Source of the DNA: a virus | Reading direction: 5' to 3' (one strand) | Length of the DNA: 64,000 nt | IMG/VR virus record: IMGVR_UViG_3300023174_000058 | Coordinates: 1 to 64,000 of that record | Part shown: piece by piece, positions 47,610 to 55,946 of the stretch | How positions within the stretch are numbered: the first letter of the stretch is position 1 | Layout of the letters: the number at the start of each line of letters is the position of its first letter | Notes under the pieces: generated by a model | The model's database searches: none | The model's input: only the letters and a program-made list of their open reading frames with translations | Told to the model about the DNA's origin: nothing | Translations under genes and position numbers: made by a program

Positions 47610-47750
47610 CGTTGCCTCCTTCGCTCTCCATGAGCGTATGCGGACTATATATGGTCCCCTGCATTGTGTCAAGCGACAAAAAAAGGTGTTCGGCGGGGGC
47701 TAGCCCTCCCCCAAGGGCCTTTAATCAATGCTTGTAAAGACACCAGCGGT

Positions 47751-48089
47751 TCATGCCTTCCCTTTGTGGTTAACATTCCCCGTAAAGGTTGCCTTTGTCT
47801 GGAAGGACACAGCGGGTTCCTTTGCGCGGAAATGCATTTGACATTGCTTGCCCGTGTTCAATCCACTAGTGGCACGCCAGTAGTCCTTGTAGGCATCACG
47901 GTCCTGTTGGGAGTTGAACTTAAGCACTTGGACCGCTGCTTGCTTACCCTCGCCAGCACTAATGCCAAGGTAACGCACCGTGTCATCGGTAGAACAATCG
48001 GGGCAGTGGTGGGAGAGTCCCCCGGCTCGACGCTTCTCGCGGGAGTGAGGGTCGAAAAGCGCGTCACACTCAATACAAACTTTACTCAT
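47751..48089 (-). CDS. Zn-ribbon protein
   Basis: CIEC...CPDC. Confidence 0.6.
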   Translation of the reverse strand: MSKVCIECDALFDPHSREKRRAGGLSHHCPDCSTDDTVRYLGISAGEGKQAAVQVLKFNSQQDRDAYKDYWRATSGLNTGKQCQMHFRAKEPAVSFQTKATFTGNVNHKGKA

Positions 48090-48280
48090 GCTACGAACCT
48101 CCAACGCCTTTCACCTTGAAATACTATATGTGCACTCTTGCCATCAGTCAAGCACAAACCTTGAAAAAACTTTGCGTGGGGGACTCTTGCGTTACCTTTC
48201 AGCGGTTCCAGAAGGAGCCAATAACTCTTGACCTCCGCAAGATCGGTCCATTCCCAAATGTCACCAACCTGTGGAGTCAT
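48086..48280 (-). CDS. GDI-family small paralogue
   Basis: MTPQVGDIW...RFVA. Confidence 0.7.
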   Translation of the reverse strand: MTPQVGDIWEWTDLAEVKSYWLLLEPLKGNARVPHAKFFQGLCLTDGKSAHIVFQGERRWRFVA

Positions 48281-48441
48281 GCTACGAACCTCCACCCGGG
48301 AGTACGAGAGAGCAACATTATCTGCGTTCTCCTGCCAGATGTCAAGCTCAAAGCTTCAAAAGAATCGTGATGGAACTCTTTAGTTAGAAGCCAGTATTTG
48401 CGATCCTCAAAGCACCAGATGTCACCAACCTGCGGAGTCAT
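48277..48441 (-). CDS. GDI-family small paralogue
   Basis: MTPQVGDIW...RFVA. Confidence 0.7.
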   Translation of the reverse strand: MTPQVGDIWCFEDRKYWLLTKEFHHDSFEALSLTSGRRTQIMLLSRTPGWRFVA

Positions 48442-48647
48442 GCTACCATCCGTCCGTCGCGGGAAATCGAATCCGCGTAAACCTCGTACTTGCCCCCTGT
48501 TTCTAGCACAAGGCAGCGGGCAGCGCAAGTTTCGCTTCGGTACTGGATCGTCTCAAAAAACTCAGTTATGAGCAGATGATAGTAGCCCCAATCGCTACCA
48601 CGGGGCTTGCAGTTGAGCACCCAGATGTCCCCAATCTGTGGAGTCAC
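48438..48647 (-). CDS. GDI-family small paralogue
   Basis: TPQIGDIW...RMVA. Confidence 0.7.
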   Translation of the reverse strand: MTPQIGDIWVLNCKPRGSDWGYYHLLITEFFETIQYRSETCAARCLVLETGGKYEVYADSISRDGRMVA

Positions 48648-48850
48648 TTGTCCTCCTCCCAACCACCATAGGCACGGCCACGCTTCTTAAAATAAACAGC
48701 CGTGCGAGTACCAGCCTCAATCTCTAGCGCCTCAAACTCCCACTCAACATCGGCATAATAAGCCCGTCTCTCATCCAACAGCAGGAAGTGATGACTCTTG
48801 GGACTATTCTCAAACACCCAGACGCTACCAAGTATCGGCTTCGGGTTCAT
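48644..48850 (-). CDS. Divergent GDI-family paralogue
   Basis: PILGSVW...HFLLL...GW. Confidence 0.6.
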   Translation of the reverse strand: MNPKPILGSVWVFENSPKSHHFLLLDERRAYYADVEWEFEALEIEAGTRTAVYFKKRGRAYGGWEEDK

Positions 48851-48934
48851 GTTGGGGATCATATCGGGGGAAGGGCTGGGTGTCAAGGGGTATTTGCGGA
48901 GAGGGAGGGGCTAGCCCCACAGGCGGGCAAAAAC

Positions 48935-49210
48935 CTAAGCTACCCTGTGCCACTCATCAAGCTCAAAGTTCATGTGGATAAGACGCGTTTCGCCCGTTTC
49001 CAGTTTAAGCATTTGGAACGTCAGCCCATCATTAGGGAACCAACCCACAGTAGCGTCATCGCCATTTGGAGCTTCCACCAACACAAAGTGCCAAGTTTTA
49101 TATTCATCGCCATAGGGCACAGTCATGCTCCAGATGTCACCAACTTGGGGCATATCCTCATCGGGGATCTTCCAGAGTTCGCTATTAGGCTTCCGTCGCT
49201 TGCCCATCAT
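48935..49210 (-). CDS. GDI-family small paralogue
   Basis: PQVGDIW...HRVA. Confidence 0.7.
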   Translation of the reverse strand: MMGKRRKPNSELWKIPDEDMPQVGDIWSMTVPYGDEYKTWHFVLVEAPNGDDATVGWFPNDGLTFQMLKLETGETRLIHMNFELDEWHRVA

Positions 49211-49416
49211 GCCTCCTTGGTCCAGAAACCATTACTTCTATACCAGAAATATCCTAGAGTCTTTTCTCTGTTGTCTCCAAGCCCTTCTTTATTAAGAGCA
49301 AGAATAACAGTATCCCAGCCATCATGGTCTAAATCTGGTTCGATTTCAACGATAAGATAATAAAGTTTAACGCCGCTTAGATTATAACTCCAAATATCAC
49401 CACGCTGCGGTTCCAT
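49207..49416 (-). CDS. GDI-family small paralogue
   Basis: PQRGDIW...TKEA. Confidence 0.7.
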   Translation of the reverse strand: MEPQRGDIWSYNLSGVKLYYLIVEIEPDLDHDGWDTVILALNKEGLGDNREKTLGYFWYRSNGFWTKEA

Positions 49417-49640
49417 TAGGCTACCTTCTTCCAGTATGGGTTGCCCGTCATATCGATGGTGTATAGCACAACGCACTCACAACGTCCAGTTTCCAAGTAC
49501 AAGAAATCAACAGACCAACGAGGATCCTCTGTCGGATGACGATAAATGTTAGTAATCAGCCAATGCTGGACGCGGTTGGCCTCAAAAATAGTGCTTGTGT
49601 CCTTGCGCCAAATGTCACCGACTTCCATCACCGTAGACAT
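49416..49640 (-). CDS. GDI-family small paralogue
   Basis: MEVGDIW...KKVA; leaderless. Confidence 0.7.
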   Translation of the reverse strand: MSTVMEVGDIWRKDTSTIFEANRVQHWLITNIYRHPTEDPRWSVDFLYLETGRCECVVLYTIDMTGNPYWKKVA

Positions 49641-49781
49641 GGAGGGATAATATCGGTGGTAGGCAGCGAAGTCAAGAGCAAATAAAATGGCTATGGAGGA
49701 GGGCTAGCCCCTCCCAGCCCACCTTTTATCATGCTTGACGGGTAGGAGAGGAAGGGGTACTATGCAAGGAGGAGGGTTGCT

Positions 49782-49931
49782 ATGTGTGACCATATGGATA
49801 TGGAAACGGAAGTTACGGGGACGGTGGACTACTGGGAGGGGGACGAGTACCTTTGCAAGGATATTATTTCTTGCTCCTGTCCTGATTGCGGCTCCACTTT
49901 CTTGCTTGACGATCCTGCCGATCTGGAGTAA
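49782..49931 (+). CDS. 49-aa acidic Cys-rich peptide (not in ORF track)
   Basis: GGAGG RBS; MCDH...CPDCG. Confidence 0.5.
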   Translation: MCDHMDMETEVTGTVDYWEGDEYLCKDIISCSCPDCGSTFLLDDPADLE

Positions 49932-50003
49932 GATGCTTTTCATGGTTGGGACGGATGATCCTCCCACCAAAACCGCCCCAACGGGGCAGATGGAGAAGGC
50001 ACG

Positions 50004-50327
50004 ATGGCTACCTCTAACGAGATTCTGGCTGAGATCGCGTCGTACAGCGCTGCAAATGGGCGTCCTTGCCCTGCAAAGTACCTGACCGACAAGTTTGGTG
50101 CCGATGCTGCCGATCTTATCGTCTCTCTCAAGAAGGAGGGTAAGATCTACGGTCGCCGTGGTCGCACGGGCGGTCTTGTGAGCAACGAGGCATCCCCGCT
50201 GCCGCAGGTTGACTTTAACACCCCGCAGGTTGATGCGGGCAACGACCTTGCGGCTGAGTTCGCTGCCCTTGCTGCCAAGTTGGCGGCTGAGTCGGATGCG
50301 GGCGAAGTGGCTGCGACCGGCACCTAA
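50004..50327 (+). CDS. Winged-helix DNA-binding-like protein
   Basis: LIVSLKKEGKIYGRRGRTGG wing resembles Rrf2-type wHTH. Confidence 0.55.
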   Translation: MATSNEILAEIASYSAANGRPCPAKYLTDKFGADAADLIVSLKKEGKIYGRRGRTGGLVSNEASPLPQVDFNTPQVDAGNDLAAEFAALAAKLAAESDAGEVAATGT

Positions 50328-50346
50328 AGTCTAACCTTGGAGCCTT

Positions 50347-50374
50347 GCGGCCCCCCGAAAGGGGGGCCGTTGTT
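50347..50374 (+). terminator. GC hairpin terminator
   Basis: gcggcccccc-gaaa-ggggggccgt. Confidence 0.7.
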
Positions 50375-50509
50375 CTATATGTGGAGTCTATCACATCCTG
50401 AACACATCGTCAAGCCCCGGAAAAAAGGCTAGACGACGGGGGCTAGCCCCTGCTGGAACACATTTTATTTCTCTTGCCACTAGCCCGAACAACGTGTATT
50501 GTCTCCCGC

Positions 50510-50716
50510 ATGGAAAACACGATCAAGGTCGGCACCGTCGTCTACCACAAGAATCCTCAATCCAACCTTTTCAAGGGACCGGGCACAGTTACAAAGATTC
50601 AACATGATCCGATCTTTGGTGTTGACGCCTACACCGTTCTGTGGCAGAGTGCAGGGGATAGTTGGGTTCACTACCGATCCAGCATTGTGACGCTGGTCGA
50701 AAAGGAAAGCAAATAA
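50510..50716 (+). CDS. Small SH3-like protein (leaderless)
   Basis: IKVGTVV.H...GTVTKI..YTVLW. Confidence 0.6.
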   Translation: MENTIKVGTVVYHKNPQSNLFKGPGTVTKIQHDPIFGVDAYTVLWQSAGDSWVHYRSSIVTLVEKESK

Positions 50717-50717
50717 C

Positions 50718-50882
50718 ATGTCAAAGAGGATCATCGTTCTTTCGGACGGTACATGGGAAACGGTTGGCCCCGCACAAATCTTTACCATCACAGATGCAGC
50801 CCATGATATGCTGCTTGACGGTGGTGAGGTTCGCGACTTGAAACAGAATACCGATATTATTAGCACAGAGGAGATTGGCTAA
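50718..50882 (+). CDS. 54-aa hypothetical (not in ORF track)
   Basis: MSKRIIVLSDGTWE..., coupled to neighbours. Confidence 0.5.
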   Translation: MSKRIIVLSDGTWETVGPAQIFTITDAAHDMLLDGGEVRDLKQNTDIISTEEIG

Positions 50883-51127
50883 TGCGAGTAAACTTTTATT
50901 TCACAGATAAGATTGATACCTATAAGATTGAAGCCGAAGTTTCAAAGAGTAACCGTGTCACCGTTCTAACCGTAGAGGATAGTTGGGGCTCGGACGTTGA
51001 CTTTGACGACTTTAGCGAGGACGAAAAGAAGGGCATTTATGCCAAGGCATATAGTGCTCGTGACTCGCTCGAACAGGCAGAGGAACCCGATTACGACGGC
51101 GACGAAGGGGAGGCCGCTTATGAGTAA
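50882..51127 (+). CDS. Acidic small protein
   Basis: Coupled ORF. Confidence 0.6.
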   Translation: MRVNFYFTDKIDTYKIEAEVSKSNRVTVLTVEDSWGSDVDFDDFSEDEKKGIYAKAYSARDSLEQAEEPDYDGDEGEAAYE

Positions 51128-51395
51128 GAAATACAAGAACATGACCGCGGAGGAAAAGATTGCCTACCGTGAGCAACGCCGCAAGGCACAAGAGGCAGAA
51201 ATGCCTACCGCCGAACTCGTTGCCAAGATGGAACGTAATGCCGCCATCCTGCTACGGCATTATCCACCGGCAGAGGCACGGCGGCAAATGGAAAACATTC
51301 TTACGCACGCTGTCTTTATGGATGAGTGTCATAGCGGTTTCTCCGAAGCGATCCTCGCTATGGGTGTAAAACTAGACGAACTTATCGACGGGTGA
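51120..51395 (+). CDS. Hypothetical protein
   Basis: GGAGG RBS, MSKKYKNMT. Confidence 0.55.
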   Translation: MSKKYKNMTAEEKIAYREQRRKAQEAEMPTAELVAKMERNAAILLRHYPPAEARRQMENILTHAVFMDECHSGFSEAILAMGVKLDELIDG

Positions 51396-51544
51396 ACGTT
51401 CCCCCCTCCCGGCAGAAAAGGCTGGGATGCGGGGGCTAGCCCCTCCCATATCATATTTTTTCTTCTGTACTGCGATGCGGTGATGCGATACATTCCCTTT
51501 TGTCCACAGGGGACACCGGCTCCAAGCGAGCCACCGGAGAGAAG

Positions 51545-51835
51545 ATGTCTGTTTGCCTTACTGCCAATCAGAAGAAGTACCTTTCCTATTACCAGAACTA
51601 CTTCGGTAAGCACGGTGAGTTTCCTAACACCGCTGATGCTGCTCGTTATTTTGGTAAGCCGTCCACGACGGTCCTTAATGTTATTGGTGCGATCTTTCTG
51701 AAGGGTGGTTTCACGGGTGGTAAGCCCCTGACCCGCAACCTGCTTGTGGCGCACGGCGAGAGCAAGCCTCTCAATATCAGGGCAACAAAGGCTAAGAAAA
51801 ACACGCAGCAGTCTAACGCTACGCTGCACGAGTAA
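51545..51835 (+). CDS. LexA N-terminal-like DNA-binding protein, no peptidase domain
   Basis: LTANQKKYLSYYQNYFGKHGEFPNTADAARYFG.PS..V...LKG aligns by eye to the LexA DBD. Confidence 0.65.
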   Translation: MSVCLTANQKKYLSYYQNYFGKHGEFPNTADAARYFGKPSTTVLNVIGAIFLKGGFTGGKPLTRNLLVAHGESKPLNIRATKAKKNTQQSNATLHE

Positions 51836-51962
51836 ACGGCTCCCCACCCACCAGAAAAGCGGTGGGCACGGGGGCTAGCCCCTCCACGCAAACATTTTAT
51901 TCTGCTTGACCCACCCAGCGATCCCGCATATACTGCCTTCACGGTCGAAGGACCGATGGAGG

Positions 51963-52232
51963 ATGGGGATGCTGCTCAAGGGCATGGATACCCGCAAGTT
52001 GTTCGCAGAGGTCGATGCAGCGGTCGGACTTGCACTCGCCAGCCGTCCTAGCAAGTTGGACGAGATTGATTGGGAGTGCTGGACGAAAGAGATGCTGGCA
52101 GAAGATGCTAGCAACGTCAACATGACGATTGAGATGGTCTGCGTCGAGTACGGTTGGACTGCCGATGCCTATAACCGCATCGTGCGCCGTATGCGCCGCA
52201 ATCGTCACACTCCCCCAGAAATGATGTATTGA
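51963..52232 (+). CDS. Hypothetical protein
   Basis: TTGACC-17-TATACT promoter, RBS. Confidence 0.55.
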   Translation: MGMLLKGMDTRKLFAEVDAAVGLALASRPSKLDEIDWECWTKEMLAEDASNVNMTIEMVCVEYGWTADAYNRIVRRMRRNRHTPPEMMY

Positions 52233-52298
52233 CAAGCGACACCATTACTGATAAAGTCCGGTTCTACTAACCGCCCAGTAGGGCAGAGGAGCAAGAGG

Positions 52299-52490
52299 AT
52301 GAAGGTCAAGACTAGCAAGCGCAACCATGTGTACGTTATCCAGAAGAAGGAGGGGGGGCGGTGGGCCACCATCATTGATACAAACGGCCCCATCATCATC
52401 CGTACCCGTAGCCTTGCCCGCACCGTAAGCCGCGAGTATAAGAACCTTTCCAAGACCCCCCGTTCATTCCGCGTTAAGCGTCTCGCTTAA
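52299..52490 (+). CDS. Small basic protein
   Basis: RBS, promoter at ~52229. Confidence 0.55.
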   Translation: MKVKTSKRNHVYVIQKKEGGRWATIIDTNGPIIIRTRSLARTVSREYKNLSKTPRSFRVKRLA

Positions 52491-52523
52491 TCCACAACCC
52501 CACACGGTATAGGACGCCCGCCT

Positions 52524-52910
52524 ATGGCACGCCGCATCAAAACCCGCGACTATTCGATGCTCCAGATTATCACCGGAGCAACAAAGGCGGGCGTCCACCG
52601 TGATAATGCCAAACACGCAAGCCTGACCGCTTGCAGAGGAGAAAAAAAGATGTTCGCTGCCCGCAAGAACCTTCGCCATGACCTCCAGATTGAGTGGACC
52701 CGTGACGCAGAACACGGTGGAGTCGAAGTGTTCGATGTGTATGGTGCCCGACTCCCGCAAGGCGGCTGGCATATCGTCCGCATGGACATCATCGACGAGG
52801 ATGGTATGCCCATCACCTTTAACACGATGAGTCTTTCGGAGGAGGAGCGTATTGCTATCGAGAACGCCCTCGAAGACGAGAGCGCAGGACTGTCGGCTAC
52901 CCGACACTAG
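52524..52910 (+). CDS. Hypothetical protein, acidic C-terminus
   Basis: ORF; internal RBS suggests a second start at MFAARK. Confidence 0.5.
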   Translation: MARRIKTRDYSMLQIITGATKAGVHRDNAKHASLTACRGEKKMFAARKNLRHDLQIEWTRDAEHGGVEVFDVYGARLPQGGWHIVRMDIIDEDGMPITFNTMSLSEEERIAIENALEDESAGLSATRH

Positions 52911-53049
52911 AGGGTGCCCCTCCGGTTGCCAAAAAAGGCGGCTGCGAGGGGGCTAGCCCCTGCCCCATGCCATTTTATTTTGCTTGCGCTTTCGGCGGTT
53001 CCCCCGTATAGTCTACCCACGCTCGACGGTCGGGCGATGGGGTGCAACG

Positions 53050-53721
53050 GTGGCGAACGTCAAGCCTTACAACGGTAAATGGAATAAGAATAAGAAACTC
53101 CAAAAGACGCAGGGCACCGGCGCCTATAACATCATCGGTTTTGGCATCCCTGCCGATCACGATTTTACTGACGAAAACCTTGTCAAGCGTAACACCTGCC
53201 CCGGTGCGCTGGCTTGTCGCGCCGTGTGCTATGCTAAGCAGGGCGGTTATCTTTGGCCCGCTAGCATTGCGGCCCGTGCCCACAACCTCGCGCTTTCGCA
53301 AAACCCTAACTTCGTCGCGCTTATGATCGAGGATCTCGCCCGCTTCCGCAAGGTTGACACCGTGCGCGTGCATGATAGCGGGGACTTCTACTCGCAGGGC
53401 TACTTTGACGCATGGTGTTGGATTGCACGCGCCTTCCCTAACATTACCTTCTACGCCTACACCAAAAGCCTTGATCTCGACCTGTCGGGCGCACCAGATA
53501 ACTTCCGCGTGACGCAATCCCTCGGCGGCAAGTTTGACGGGCTTGTGAACCTTGGAAAGCCGCACTCCCGCATTTTCACCAGCCATGAGGACCGCACCCG
53601 CGCCGATTATGTTGACGGTAACTTGACGGATGCCTATGCAATCGAAGGGGAAACGCGCATCGGGCTTGTGTACCACGGGAACAAGGGCCTGACAGACGCT
53701 CAGAAAAAGTTCTTTCGCTAG
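53050..53721 (+). CDS. Gp88-like (radical-SAM-related) protein
   Basis: TCPGALACRAVCYA, RVHDSGDFY, FYAYTK. Confidence 0.75.
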   Translation: MANVKPYNGKWNKNKKLQKTQGTGAYNIIGFGIPADHDFTDENLVKRNTCPGALACRAVCYAKQGGYLWPASIAARAHNLALSQNPNFVALMIEDLARFRKVDTVRVHDSGDFYSQGYFDAWCWIARAFPNITFYAYTKSLDLDLSGAPDNFRVTQSLGGKFDGLVNLGKPHSRIFTSHEDRTRADYVDGNLTDAYAIEGETRIGLVYHGNKGLTDAQKKFFR

Positions 53722-53808
53722 AGTAATCCCCCGGACGCTGGAAAAAAGACCAGCCGAAGGGGGCTAGCCCCGCCCGCCACGGCTTTTATCGCCGGGGGGC
53801 AGAGGCTG

Positions 53809-53988
53809 TTAAATCTCGGACATCGTGTAAGCAGCCGTCCAAACACCGGGGCGTTCACGCTCACCCTTGTCGCTGTCGTAGTTAAGGAACCGGGATTCAT
53901 TCATTGAATAAACGGTTTCAATGTCCCCGTCCGCATTAAACAATGCGCTGTATTCCATACCACCAAAGATAAAGTTTACTCGACGCAT
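53809..53988 (-). CDS. Hypothetical protein
   Basis: GGAGG RBS before MRRVNF. Confidence 0.5.
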   Translation of the reverse strand: MRRVNFIFGGMEYSALFNADGDIETVYSMNESRFLNYDSDKGERERPGVWTAAYTMSEI

Positions 53989-54091
53989 TACCCTTCCTCC
54001 GAAGAAAGCCAGAAGCCAAGGAAAATAACCGAAACAAAAATGATAACGCCGCCGATTGCCGCAATGTCGCCGCCATACATGGTAAATCCTC

Positions 54092-54325
54092 CTAGGCCTG
54101 AGCCAACGTTCCAGCCGCGATGAGCGTCTTGTATTCCATCGCCGCAAACACGATATCCTCCGCGATAAGATCCTTCAGTTTCTCAATGTCGCCGGGAGTC
54201 AGGTTGACGCGCTCGCCCATGCTGTCAATGACGCGGATATCGTCAAAATCCTTCGAGTCAGGGTTGACCGTGAAGTAGCAGTTAACGTCCCGACCATTTC
54301 GCTTGTAGATGATGAGGTTTTCCAT
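54092..54325 (-). CDS. Small hypothetical protein
   Basis: GAGG RBS. Confidence 0.55.
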   Translation of the reverse strand: MENLIIYKRNGRDVNCYFTVNPDSKDFDDIRVIDSMGERVNLTPGDIEKLKDLIAEDIVFAAMEYKTLIAAGTLAQA

Positions 54326-54401
54326 GTTGCCTCTTAGCGCCCGCCAATGGGCAGAAGGGTGAGAGAAAGTGCGAGACTGATACTAATGCAAGCCAGTGCG
54401 A

Positions 54402-54587
54402 TCATCGGGCCCCCTTTTCACAGAGAAGATACGCCTCCTCCGGGGAAATGTCAAGCCCCTTCCGCTTACCGGCCATGCAGGACATAACCTTAAAAGCGTG
54501 CTCGTCGTTGTTGTTCATAAGATCATAAACAACCGCGCCCCACGAAATAACGATCCACGCTGCAAACAAACCCGTCAGAATCTTCAT
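54402..54587 (-). CDS. Small membrane protein
   Basis: N-terminal TM; promoter TTGCTA-17-TACTTT. Confidence 0.55.
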   Translation of the reverse strand: MKILTGLFAAWIVISWGAVVYDLMNNNDEHAFKVMSCMAGKRKGLDISPEEAYLLCEKGAR

Positions 54588-54702
54588 CGCCCTTCCTCCT
54601 AAAAAAGAAAGTATCACCGCCTCCCCCGGATAGCAAAAAAATAAAATGGTCCGTTGGGAGGGCTAGCCCCCCTTGCCTCGGCTTTTATTGCCGGGGCTGG
54701 GG

Positions 54703-54782
54703 TTTTGTCCGAAAGTAACCATTCTGTTCTCCGCCCCCCATAATAGGGAGCAGGCAGGAATCGAACCTGCTACCGGACAAAC
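54703..54782 (-). ncRNA. Circularly permuted tRNA-like RNA (YrlA-like topology)
   Basis: Terminal stem, T arm, closed acceptor-like hairpin, D-like arm. Confidence 0.55.
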
Positions 54783-54784
54783 TT

Positions 54785-54931
54785 TTAGTAGGGTTCCAAC
54801 CGGAGGTTTTCGGCGCAGCAAATCATTTCGATGCCGCTCTTGAACCGGACAAGGGCGCACTTGTAGCCCGTTGAAATGATCTTTCCCAGACCGTACAAGT
54901 GGTGACGCACAATGTCATGGTCGCGCAGCAT
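54785..54931 (-). CDS. 48-aa Tudor/SH3-like peptide (not in ORF track)
   Basis: DIVRHHLYGLGKII...VRFKSG resembles the PcrA C-terminal Tudor pattern. Confidence 0.5.
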   Translation of the reverse strand: MLRDHDIVRHHLYGLGKIISTGYKCALVRFKSGIEMICCAENLRLEPY

Positions 54932-55323
54932 TAGAGATCCTCCCCCTTCGTGTCCGCCTTGATATCACGGGCAAGGTCATCGGCGTTATAACGGTCAAAA
55001 ATATCGTCCGGGTAAAGGGTAAGCATCATGCAACGGATGGCAGGATCGGCGTTGGCTTCCTCGATCATGTCCCCGATAATCTTACGGTCGTGCTCACGGC
55101 TGTCCTCATCCTCCGGCGTCCAACCGGGGATGTGGAAATCGGCAGTAGCGTCGAGGAAGGTACGGTGCGCCGCTTCGGCATCCTTGTCCCGCGTGTCGGG
55201 GCGGTCATACAGTGCAGCCGCATGGAAAGAGCAAGCGGCATCCTCATCGCAGCCGCAAATCTCAGTGCCGGGGTGGGGGATCGTGTTCGCGCTCATCGCA
55301 TCGGCCTCCGTGGTGGGGAACAT
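54931..55323 (-). CDS. Acidic hypothetical protein
   Basis: Promoter TTGCCA-17-TATACT. Confidence 0.6.
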   Translation of the reverse strand: MFPTTEADAMSANTIPHPGTEICGCDEDAACSFHAAALYDRPDTRDKDAEAAHRTFLDATADFHIPGWTPEDEDSREHDRKIIGDMIEEANADPAIRCMMLTLYPDDIFDRYNADDLARDIKADTKGEDL

Positions 55324-55477
55324 GGAGAGAGTATAGGGGGCAACCCTGCCGGTGGCAAGAGAAATAAAATACGTTCCAGCGGGGGCTAGCCCCTCCCAGT
55401 TGGCCTTTTATTCGGGGCACTAGAAAAGCCCGCCCCTTGCGGGTACGGGCCGAAGGTGCTACGCTTGACGCTTTGCG

Positions 55478-55714
55478 TTAGAGAGTGGCGAACGTTTCCG
55501 CGTAATCACGGGCGGTGTTGCGGTTCAGGGTGCGCCAACCCTCGCCAACGCTCCACACCGTCTCGAACCCCGGCTTGAGCGCAGGACGCACGCCGCCCTT
55601 CGTGTTGGCAGCGATGAACTCTGCGGGCAGGTCGCCCACCTGCACGAACGTCATCGTGCGATCTTCGCCCTTGACGGTGGTGAACGCGCAGTTGTAAGCC
55701 TTGACGATCGCCAT
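55478..55714 (-). CDS. Hypothetical (WYL/SH3-like: F.T.KGE.R.M...WRT)
   Basis: Promoter, RBS and terminator; motif by eye. Confidence 0.55.
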   Translation of the reverse strand: MAIVKAYNCAFTTVKGEDRTMTFVQVGDLPAEFIAANTKGGVRPALKPGFETVWSVGEGWRTLNRNTARDYAETFATL

Positions 55715-55946
55715 TTTGCTTCCCCTTGTTTGACTGGGCACCATGCCCGCCGTCGATGATGTGAATATACGCGGGAACCTTGCCGCCGTCAAGGGGAATA
55801 AAATATCATCCAGTGGGGGCTAGCCCCTCCTGCCACGGCTTTTATTTGCCGGAGCGAGGGAGCGCGCACCTCCTAATCAGTGTCACCGAAGAAATAGTCC
55901 TCGTCCGTTTATTTTCTTTTTGGAATAGACGAAGACTATTTATTGT

